This document shows positions 18,354-26,010 of a stretch of 28,578 nucleotides of DNA, piece by piece; the stretch's first letter is position 1, and each line of letters begins with the position of its first letter. The notes under the pieces are model-generated. The model was not told the DNA's origin. It saw nothing but the letters and a program-made list of their open reading frames with translations, and ran no database searches. The position numbers and the translations under genes were made by a program. This DNA is from a virus (Duplodnaviria > Caudoviricetes): the IMG/VR virus record IMGVR_UViG_3300026101_000006, positions 1 through 28,578 of that record; one strand, written 5' to 3'.

Positions 18354-18976
18354 TTGACCCTCACCAGGTTACGCGGCCCAACGGCATCTTTGATCTGATC
18401 CAGCGTCTTGGACATCGAGGACACGCGAGAGATGACAGCCTCAAGGCTCTCCACCTCCAATTTCGCAGCGGTCAGGCGCGCCTGCGTGTCCTGCATGAAC
18501 TTGCGGATTTCATCGCCAAGGGCGGCCATGTCGTCATTGCTGCCACCCGGCTCAAAGAACTCATCCCGAATGCCCGCGACCCAGCCCGGCATGACATTCA
18601 GCACCTTGGCCACCGTGTCATCAGTTTCGCCACCGCAGTAGCACTGCCGATCATGATCATAGACCTCGCTTAGGATTTCCATGATCTCGCGCTTTTGCAC
18701 CCGCGTCGGTTCACGCGGGGCCGTTTCGGCAGGTGTTTTCCGCTCTGTTTTTGCTGCCATTTTCTCCACCTTTCTTTTTGCCTCACAGGTGCCGCACCGC
18801 AGCCGTTTGCCGATGTAGGACCACCCCAACCGTTGAATTTTGGACACCGCCTGGCCGTGCCCGTCGCTGCCATCCCGCCCATGGCGGGCCGCGACCGTGT
18901 CCTCGCGCCCGCAATCATCGCAAATGCAGCGGTAGCGCGGTGCGCCGCGCGCATCTCGAACTGGATCAAGCGCCAT
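18350..18976 (-). CDS. Hypothetical protein with an N-terminal Zn ribbon and a C-terminal coiled coil
   Basis: CDDC...CGTC; ATGA overlap with the next gene. Confidence 0.75.
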   Translation of the reverse strand: MALDPVRDARGAPRYRCICDDCGREDTVAARHGRDGSDGHGQAVSKIQRLGWSYIGKRLRCGTCEAKRKVEKMAAKTERKTPAETAPREPTRVQKREIMEILSEVYDHDRQCYCGGETDDTVAKVLNVMPGWVAGIRDEFFEPGGSNDDMAALGDEIRKFMQDTQARLTAAKLEVESLEAVISRVSSMSKTLDQIKDAVGPRNLVRVK

Positions 18977-19000
18977 AGCGGCCCCCTGTTGCGCACAACA

Positions 19001-19267
19001 TCAGGCCGTCTCCCCGAACAGGGCTGACAGCTCGCTATCCAGCGCCTCGATCATCAGTGGGCCGTTATCCAGCGCGTTGCTCCGCGCCATTTTGCGGTAG
19101 GACCCGGCCCAGCCCCGATAGCGGCAGATCTGAGAGCAGGTCTGCATCGAGGCCTCGGTAAACTCCGCCATATCCCGCAGAGTGCATTCCCCTGCGCTGT
19201 CTTGGATCAACCACCAGATCTGATAGGCGATCCGCTCGATACGGGGTGGCGTGGTTTGCGTCCTCAT
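19001..19267 (-). CDS. Hypothetical phage protein (possible HTH)
   Basis: Start MRTQTTPPRIERIAYQIWW at an ATGA overlap; CTLRDMAEFTEASMQTCSQIC is HTH-like. Confidence 0.7.
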   Translation of the reverse strand: MRTQTTPPRIERIAYQIWWLIQDSAGECTLRDMAEFTEASMQTCSQICRYRGWAGSYRKMARSNALDNGPLMIEALDSELSALFGETA

Positions 19268-19587
19268 GCGGCCCTCGCCAATTGATCCTGGAAGAACGCC
19301 GCCGCGCCGGGATCGGTCAGGATCATCAGCAAGGCGGTATGGCTGGCGGGCGCGGTAACAGCGCCCCACCAGTTGAGCGCAGTCTGAAACGAGACATCGC
19401 AAAACAGCGCCACCTCGCGCGGGCTGTGAAACCGCGCGTGGAAGTAGGCCGACCAAAGGTCAGGCGCGCTGATCTTCAGCGCATAAGGATCCAACTGATT
19501 TGACCAAGACGCTTGGTCAGCAGACGTGCCACGCTGATCGCATGGCACATCATTGTTCACGATCAGGGTTAGACGCGGGCGGCTCAT
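19264..19587 (-). CDS. Hypothetical HTH-like protein (CII position)
   Basis: SPREVALFCDVSFQTALNWWG is HTH-like; coupled to cro. Confidence 0.75.
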   Translation of the reverse strand: MSRPRLTLIVNNDVPCDQRGTSADQASWSNQLDPYALKISAPDLWSAYFHARFHSPREVALFCDVSFQTALNWWGAVTAPASHTALLMILTDPGAAAFFQDQLARAA

Positions 19588-19817
19588 GCGGCGGCGTCCT
19601 TTGCATCATTCTCACCCGCAACTGCAAGAAAGGAGAAGAGACCGCGATTTGGTTCACAAACCTCAGCCTCCACTGCCATCACACAGAGTGCATCATACCA
19701 AGCAGCAGGTAGGACACCTACCTGCATATGGGTGTGTACTGTCGTCGGACTCTTGCCGAGACGTGCAGCGACGGCCCTGTAACCGCCAAGCTGATTGATC
19801 AGATTTCTTGTGCTCAT
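19584..19817 (-). CDS. Cro-like regulator
   Basis: LINQLGGYRAVAARLGKSPTTVH HTH; divergent from the repressor. Confidence 0.85.
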   Translation of the reverse strand: MSTRNLINQLGGYRAVAARLGKSPTTVHTHMQVGVLPAAWYDALCVMAVEAEVCEPNRGLFSFLAVAGENDAKDAAA

Positions 19818-19824
19818 GCACAAC

Positions 19825-19886
19825 CGATAGTCCGAATAATTCAGACCATCAAGATCCGACGATGAGAAAGTTCAATTTATTCGGAC
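19825..19886. promoter_or_regulatory. OR-like operators and PR-like promoter
   Basis: 17-bp GTCCGAA-TAA-TTCAGAC (19830-19846) fills the spacer of a minus-strand CTTGAT-N17-CTATCG; second site GTTCAAT-TTA-TTCGGAC (19870-19886). Confidence 0.75.
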
Positions 19887-19904
19887 CTGAAGTAGATAGT
19901 CCCT

Positions 19905-20207
19905 ATGAACATCGACACCAAAGAACGCCTAGCCCGCACGGGTGATGTATCGCCCGAAGCTATTCGAGTGCGCCTTCTGGCCGCGCGCAATTCTCTTGGC
20001 CTGCAGCAGCTAGAAGTAGCGAAGCAACTTGGCTTGAAGAAAACTACATTCCATAGTCAGGAGAGTAGAGGCGCCCCAAGCATCGCTACTATGAAATATT
20101 ACTATCGACAGCACCGCATCGACTTTAATTTCATTCTTCATGGTGACTTTGCTCAACTTCCGCAGGACGTTCAGGACAGGCTCTTCTCAGCACTGCAAGA
20201 CGAATAG
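19905..20207 (+). CDS. CI-like XRE-family repressor (100 aa, no S24 peptidase domain)
   Basis: RLLAARNSLGLQQLEVAKQLGLKKTTFHSQESRGAPS...IDFNFILHGD; divergent from cro. Confidence 0.88.
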   Translation: MNIDTKERLARTGDVSPEAIRVRLLAARNSLGLQQLEVAKQLGLKKTTFHSQESRGAPSIATMKYYYRQHRIDFNFILHGDFAQLPQDVQDRLFSALQDE

Positions 20208-20319
20208 TCCAAAGCGGATCAAAGATCAGGTTGAGATCCACTCCAATACGGCGCGCCAGCGCCAACACCTGTAACAAACTTGCCTCTCCGATTCCCGCGT
20301 GTTCCGTTTTTGTTCTCAT
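20131..20319 (-). CDS. Candidate SOS-regulated small antirepressor (62 aa; alternative TTG start at 20277)
   Basis: LexA box overlaps its 5' end; ASLLQVLALARRIGVDLNLIFD resembles XRE helices 4-5; GGAGAGG SD before the TTG. Confidence 0.5.
   Translation of the reverse strand: MRTKTEHAGIGEASLLQVLALARRIGVDLNLIFDPLWTIRLAVLRRACPERPAEVEQSHHEE
20301..20315. promoter_or_regulatory. Alphaproteobacterial LexA (SOS) box GTTC-N7-GTTC
   Basis: GTTC-cgttttt-GTTC; minus strand reads GAACAAAAACGGAAC. Confidence 0.75.
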
Positions 20320-20322
20320 ATA

Positions 20323-20409
20323 GTCCGAACTCACAGGCAAACGCCAACACGAAATTATCCGAAATATTTGAACCCATGCCTTGACCGGTCCATATTTTTC
20401 GGATTACGT
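20323..20409. promoter_or_regulatory. OL-like operators and PL-like promoter
   Basis: ATCCGAA-ATA-TTTGAAC (20357-20373); GTCCATA-TTT-TTCGGAT (20388-20404) downstream of the CTTGAC -35 (20380-20385); half-site GTCCGAA at 20323. Confidence 0.7.
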
Positions 20410-20436
20410 CATCCCCATCAACCGATGGAGGATTGA

Positions 20437-20718
20437 ATGCAAGACAGACTGGAAACCGTGCTGCGGGACGCGCAGCAGATCGCAGGCTCACCCGAGGAAC
20501 ACCTCGACAGCCCGCACCTCTTCACAACTGCATGGGCAACACTGAAGGCCGCGCGCGGCCAGGGCTTTGACCCCGCGCGCCTGCGGGCTGCGCACCTGGT
20601 CGAGCGCCCGGCGCCGACGCCAGAGCCAACCGAGCAAGTCCTAGAGCGTGTCGGCCACAAAGTGCGCCGTGTCATGGCGGATCGCCAGATCACCCCGCAC
20701 GGTCCCCATGCGGCGTAA
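20437..20718 (+). CDS. Early-left hypothetical protein
   Basis: Strong GGAGG SD; first gene after the PL-like promoter. Confidence 0.75.
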   Translation: MQDRLETVLRDAQQIAGSPEEHLDSPHLFTTAWATLKAARGQGFDPARLRAAHLVERPAPTPEPTEQVLERVGHKVRRVMADRQITPHGPHAA

Positions 20719-20735
20719 GGCGAGGCGCACCCGCA

Positions 20736-21242
20736 ATGACAAACCCTATCTCTCAAGGTTCCGCACCCATGGCGGACGCCCCCCACGGGCTCCGCCCGTC
20801 TGAGGTCAATGAACATCTGCGCCGCGTTGGAGGATTGCGCAGCGTAGCCAACACCGAGGTTTCGCACAGCTCTCGCGGTGCGGATCTGGCGCGGGCGGAT
20901 CAATCCTCCAAGTTGCCCACCGCCCGCGCGTCATCCACCGCGATCAACACCCTCGCGCTCTATGCCGCAGCGGAGACGCTCAGAGCGACACCGATGCATC
21001 AGAGATCCGAGCAATTCTCAGACCTTGGTGGGCGCATCACTGCTCCAATGTCAGATGCATGGGTCTATGATGAGGCGCTCTGGCTGGTGGATCTGATGGG
21101 TATTCAAAGCACCGGCACATCCCGCCAAAGCGCGCTGCGTAGCTGGATCAAGACCGCCTCTGCGCGCGTACCCCGCCGCGCCAGCGATGGCCGTGCCGAT
21201 TGCCCCTACAACGGCCAATCCATCGCGCCGGCAACGCGCTGA
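20736..21242 (+). CDS. Early-left hypothetical protein
   Basis: 168 aa, GAGG SD, co-oriented with its neighbours; start uncertain. Confidence 0.6.
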   Translation: MTNPISQGSAPMADAPHGLRPSEVNEHLRRVGGLRSVANTEVSHSSRGADLARADQSSKLPTARASSTAINTLALYAAAETLRATPMHQRSEQFSDLGGRITAPMSDAWVYDEALWLVDLMGIQSTGTSRQSALRSWIKTASARVPRRASDGRADCPYNGQSIAPATR

Positions 21243-21302
21243 CTAACACTCACGATACAGACCCAAAGACATGATAGCTCTCGCAGCAATGAAGGATAGC
21301 AT

Positions 21303-21539
21303 ATGACCCAACAACTCATCGCGGTTGATGCTGGCGCACTAAGTGACCTCATTGATCGCCTCACCAAGATCGAAAAGCTTCTCGCATCGGCGGAGTTGTC
21401 GCGTCGGGAGGATTGGCTATCCATTCCCGAGGCTGCACGCATCCTGAAGTGCGACCCGTCTACCATCCGGCGTAAGATCAATAGTGGAGAACTGAAAGCC
21501 AGCGGAAGCGGCAAGACCCGTCGTGTCCAACTCAGCTAA
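21303..21539 (+). CDS. Excisionase-like DNA-binding protein (HTH_17/MerR-like)
   Basis: WLSIPEAARILKCDPSTIRRKINSGELKA; AAGGA SD. Confidence 0.85.
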   Translation: MTQQLIAVDAGALSDLIDRLTKIEKLLASAELSRREDWLSIPEAARILKCDPSTIRRKINSGELKASGSGKTRRVQLS

Positions 21540-22117
21540 TTTAACCATGAGTGGAAGCGAAGAGTGAAATCTCTCTGCATCAACGCTGTTCATGGCCGGC
21601 GTGTAAGCTCTAGCAGGCAAGTTTTATAGCCGACGTGCATTCTCCTACCGATTGAGGCTACGCATGCGGGGCATTACCCTCGCATTCTTGGAAATGGTAT
21701 CTGACTGCGGGCAGCCCGAGCACGACATGGGTTCGGCACCTGCATCAATTGGCGAGTTCTATAGGTGGCGGGAAGGCCGACCTTCGCAGTGAGTGCGAAC
21801 GACACCTTGCGAGCGGTTGAAGTCGGTGTTTCTGGGGACCACACCACCGGACTTGGTGTGACCCGTACTGAGTACGGATAGCTGACATTTTCTGCGTATC
21901 GCATGAATAATCAGTATCCGCAGAAAGGGGGCAGTACAATAACTGCCGAGGAGCGACAGGACCGCGCAGGTGTCTGTGAAGGTCTATATTCTTCAATGAT
22001 TAAGCGGTTCTTGCTAAATTCGAGCGTTTTATTTGCCCGCTTGCGTCTTCAGATTAGAAGTTGCAACCATCATGAAGTCACCTCAATCGGGATGTGAGCA
22101 AGAATATATCTTCAACT

Positions 22118-22903
22118 CTACACGCGATACGAGCGTATTGCGCTTTGATCCAACTCGGAGACGGGCACAAGCTTATAGTGCCGCTCTTCAACAACTCTGA
22201 TCTCGTCGTCCTGAACCATAAGCTCAAACAAGGCGATTACGTTGTCAGCCATAAATTGGGTAGCAATCGCTCGGCAGCGCATATCTGGAAATTTAGTTTC
22301 AGCAAATCGGATGTCTTGCTCTACCTGAACAATACCGATTTGATCTTTCCCACCTTTCGCCTGAACGGGGATTATATAGTGGCAGCCATGGCGGTCGAGG
22401 CCGACATATAGTTCGTCGACTTCAATTTGCCCTATGCCCTTTACTGTCGTGCGAAGATGATTCTGAAGACTATATGTTGTCAGGCCTAGAAAGGTGTCGA
22501 TAAGCCGATTGTAGCGGACGATGGCTAGCAGAGCTTGCTCATCATCCAATGCATAGGCTCGGATAATTTCTGGCGTCGCATCAGGAATGGCAATATGTGC
22601 CAGGTTCTCGCGCGGGACTACTCGATTGTACTTCACTAGGCGAAACTGGTAATTCGCACGCCCGGCCAGCTGGATCACCCATTCCAGCCCTGGGGGCTGG
22701 GTGTCCAAGATGGTTTGCGGCAACTTATTTCGGAACCGGAAGGAATACAGAATGTCGCCAAGATTCTTGGGCAATCGTAGCCCAAGCTCGGCCGACGTTG
22801 CCTCTAGGTCTTCCCTAGTAAATGGAAGTAGGACACTGTCCGGCGTGTGGCGTTCAAGAAAGATCTTCTCAATTACTGCGCTGTAGCGGTTCTGCTTAGC
22901 CAT
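22118..22903 (-). CDS. Putative type II restriction endonuclease, PD-(D/E)XK-like
   Basis: EVDELYVG...IPVQAKGG catalytic-like motif; overlaps the C5 MTase stop by 8 nt. Confidence 0.75.
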   Translation of the reverse strand: MAKQNRYSAVIEKIFLERHTPDSVLLPFTREDLEATSAELGLRLPKNLGDILYSFRFRNKLPQTILDTQPPGLEWVIQLAGRANYQFRLVKYNRVVPRENLAHIAIPDATPEIIRAYALDDEQALLAIVRYNRLIDTFLGLTTYSLQNHLRTTVKGIGQIEVDELYVGLDRHGCHYIIPVQAKGGKDQIGIVQVEQDIRFAETKFPDMRCRAIATQFMADNVIALFELMVQDDEIRVVEERHYKLVPVSELDQSAIRSYRV

Positions 22904-24239
22904 GCACGTTGTCCGTATCTGCGCTCAAGCGCTCTCGTTCGATATCGATCTGTCGACGTTTGGTAGCACCGCTCTTGCGGTCTCGCTTCGAGGGCATCTT
23001 TGGGACTTTAAAATGTGCCGATGCGGAGGATAGGTCCATCTCCAAGAGGCGAGTGTCACCCAGTGCAGAGGCGCCTTCGGGCCGATAGGGTGTATAACCG
23101 AGTGCCTTTATCATTTCTCCGGCCACGGCTCGGGCCAATGGCGGCGGCACCGAATTGCCTATCTGGCGCGCTCCATGCCACTTGGTCGCGTTGAAGCGGA
23201 ACCAGTCTGGGAAGCCGTGCAAGCGAGCCATTTCCCGCACAGTTACGCAGCGCGGATAGCGGTAATGGATGGGCCGAGGGCTCGTGAAAGCGCCGCGCGC
23301 GCCATCTGTACCAGCACGTAGAGTGTTAGCGACGCCGTCATGGGAAAGTTTGAAGAAACGGCTGATCGGCTCGACTGATCCGGGCGCAGTCGCGGCAAAT
23401 CTGGAGCGGGAAATTTCTGTGTGGGTGGTTCTGGCACTAGAGGTTAGCGAGGCCTCATCCCATTCGCGAACGTAACCGAAATGCCAGCTTTCGTTTGCGA
23501 GCCCTCGTAGTTCCGCAGCGTAAGATGAAGGCGTACCTAGGCGCGTCGTCTTCACACTGTCGGATTTTTTAAGTGTGTCGAAGCTTTCGGCGTCTGGTAG
23601 GTCACCCAAAGCATCCTCGCAGTTGGGTCCGTAGGGGAGGCCTTCAAATGCTTGTGGTCGACCGCTGATGTTGGTTAGGGGGGCTGGATATTGTGGCATA
23701 GAACACCCAGCCTTAACTCCCATGAGGATTAGCCGTTCACGTGCCTGTGGAGTGCCAAAATGCGCGGCGTTAAGAACCTTCCAAGGCATCCTACATTCGT
23801 ATCCAGCCTCTCGGAAGGCCTCTACGAGCTCGTTGAGGAAGCGTATGTGCTTGCCCACGGTTAGACCCTTGACGTTTTCAAACACGAAGCTGGTGGCGTC
23901 GAGTTCGCGAACAATCCGGAGGAACTCCATCGCCAGTCTGTTCCGCGGATCGTCTAGCACCCTCTTCCCGATCATAGAGAAACCCTGACAGGGAGCTCCG
24001 CCGGACACGCAGTCGATCACGGCGTCACCCAAGCCCGCCTCTTTACGGATCTGCATTCCAGTCAGGCCATCCACCGAGGTTGCCAAAACAGTTGTGTGCG
24101 GAAAGTTGAACTTGTGAACCGCGCAATGGACGGGGTCGATCTCAACCGCTGCACGCACATCGAAACCGGCTTGTTCGAAGCCAAGGCTCAGGCCACCGGC
24201 TCCTGCGAACAGTTCGATTGCGATCGGTCTTTTCTTCAT
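22896..24239 (-). CDS. DNA (cytosine-5)-methyltransferase, resembling M.XorII-type (CGATCG) enzymes
   Basis: Motif I FAGAGG, IV GAPCQGFS, VI FENV, VIII QARERL, IX TVREMARLHGFPDWF, X QIGNSVPP; TRD NTLRAGTDGARGAFTSPRPIH resembles M.XorII as recalled. Confidence 0.95.
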   Translation of the reverse strand: MKKRPIAIELFAGAGGLSLGFEQAGFDVRAAVEIDPVHCAVHKFNFPHTTVLATSVDGLTGMQIRKEAGLGDAVIDCVSGGAPCQGFSMIGKRVLDDPRNRLAMEFLRIVRELDATSFVFENVKGLTVGKHIRFLNELVEAFREAGYECRMPWKVLNAAHFGTPQARERLILMGVKAGCSMPQYPAPLTNISGRPQAFEGLPYGPNCEDALGDLPDAESFDTLKKSDSVKTTRLGTPSSYAAELRGLANESWHFGYVREWDEASLTSSARTTHTEISRSRFAATAPGSVEPISRFFKLSHDGVANTLRAGTDGARGAFTSPRPIHYRYPRCVTVREMARLHGFPDWFRFNATKWHGARQIGNSVPPPLARAVAGEMIKALGYTPYRPEGASALGDTRLLEMDLSSASAHFKVPKMPSKRDRKSGATKRRQIDIERERLSADTDNVHG

Positions 24240-24663
24240 GGCCCTACCGTTGACTTTCTTAAATTCTGCGAGACTAGCATGGCGCTTATTCGATGTTGAT
24301 CGGATTGGCCACTACCCTAACCAGCGCAAGGGAAGCCGGAACTGTACTCTAATCGTCGACATGGTTTGTGCAAGCGGGAGCTTGGCTTGCATTCGACGAC
24401 GCGCGCCCGCTAATAAAAGTAGCTTCTTCCTCTTGGTGTCGAGTTGCGACGCACTAAGACAGCGGTCCCGGGGTGTACCTTCAAGGCCACTTTCCACACC
24501 CCTACCGTCTTCAATTGATCGTATGTTCTGACCTAATCAGCATGCTGTCTTGGGGACGAAAATATGCAACTTCGGTTTCATGTGGGAACAGGTTGTTGCC
24601 ATCTTTCACCGTTTGAGGTCACAATCAATGTCGAAAGTATTGATTCAACTGTAGAGACATCCA

Positions 24664-26010
24664 ATGGCTAGATTTGTCCCCTCTGAAGAACGAAGCGACA
24701 AAGTAGATGCTTCACCGACCAAGAGCTTCTTTGTGAGTATTATCACCAAGGACATCTTACTAAATGAAGCCATCCATGATTTGGTAGACAATTGCATTGA
24801 CGGTGCAAAAAGACTTCGACCCGGGATCAGCGCGGATTACAATGGCCTTAGTGTATCCATCAACTTCGATGAAAATCACTTCGAAGTGAAAGACAATTGC
24901 GGTGGAATCCCACTAGACGTTGCGAAGAAGTATGCGTTCAAATTTGGTCGAGCGGAAGGATTTGAAAGCACTTCGCATTCGGTGGGGCAATTTGGAATTG
25001 GTATGAAGAGAGCATTGTTTAAGTTTGGAAATAAGTTCTCTGTTTGCTCAGTGGAGCCTAATTCGACCTTTAAGATCTTAGTAGACGTCAATAATTGGGT
25101 TTCTGACAATATCAACTGGGATTTTGATTTGGAAGGACTTGAGGAAAGGTCTTTTTTAGAGGATGAAACTGGGACTGAAATCTGTGTGACTGAACTTGAT
25201 CCGAGTGTAAGCTCGACGTTTGGGCTAACGTACTTCGAAAAGAAGGTACGGCAAGAAATTCGAGTGAAACATCAGCATCCCATGCGGCAAGGGTTGCAAA
25301 TCTCACTAAATGGGGAGGCGATAATCTCTTCAGAATGGCAGCTTACGAGCGATGAAACGATGGCACCGGCATTCGTAAAATATGAAGACGAAATCGGAGG
25401 AACTGCGCCGCTAGTTACTAGGCTCTACGCAGGTGTTGGTTCATCAAGTAAAGCAGATGCAGGATGGTATGTTTTTTGCAACGGTCGATGCATTTTAAGC
25501 GCGGACCAAGGGAAAACAACCGGCTGGGATGACATATCGAGCGGCGGGACGAAAATTCCAAAATACCACGGTCAGTTTGCACGCTTTAGAGGATACGCTT
25601 TTTTGGACTCGAACGATGCCAGTTTGTTGCCGTGGAACACGACCAAGACCGACTTGGACCTGGAGAGTGTCGCCTATCGCCTGCTTATTGCACGAATTAT
25701 CGAAATAACGCGTCCGGTCATTGATTTTCTAAACGAACTCGATGGCGAAAATGACCTTGAAGATAACGATAAAATTCTGACTCACGCTGTTAACACTGCT
25801 CCGAAGGTTCCTCTCGAACGAGTGCAAGAGAAGCCAGCTTTCACTTATACCACAGCCGTTGCGAGAGGCCCCAGAATGGCGACGATTTCATACCGGAAGC
25901 CGCGCAGTGTAGCAGACACACTCAAAAAAGAAATGTCAGCTGGAAGCTATAGAGAGCTTGGTGAAAAAACCTTCGACTATGCCAATAGCATTCTTGTTGA
26001 GGATGATTGA
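24664..26010 (+). CDS. GHKL (MORC/MutL-like) ATPase with an S5-like domain
   Basis: DLVDNCID, VKDNCGGI, VGQFGIGMK and GTEI Bergerat motifs; GWYVFCNGR and PWNTTK in the second domain. Confidence 0.88.
   Translation: MARFVPSEERSDKVDASPTKSFFVSIITKDILLNEAIHDLVDNCIDGAKRLRPGISADYNGLSVSINFDENHFEVKDNCGGIPLDVAKKYAFKFGRAEGFESTSHSVGQFGIGMKRALFKFGNKFSVCSVEPNSTFKILVDVNNWVSDNINWDFDLEGLEERSFLEDETGTEICVTELDPSVSSTFGLTYFEKKVRQEIRVKHQHPMRQGLQISLNGEAIISSEWQLTSDETMAPAFVKYEDEIGGTAPLVTRLYAGVGSSSKADAGWYVFCNGRCILSADQGKTTGWDDISSGGTKIPKYHGQFARFRGYAFLDSNDASLLPWNTTKTDLDLESVAYRLLIARIIEITRPVIDFLNELDGENDLEDNDKILTHAVNTAPKVPLERVQEKPAFTYTTAVARGPRMATISYRKPRSVADTLKKEMSAGSYRELGEKTFDYANSILVEDD

Noticed and set aside
24240-24663. 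Possible vsr or controller (C) gene between the MTase and the ATPase
   Set aside because: The short ORFs there (24238-24531, 24312-24497) show no Vsr (PD, FxHGCFWH) or HTH motifs
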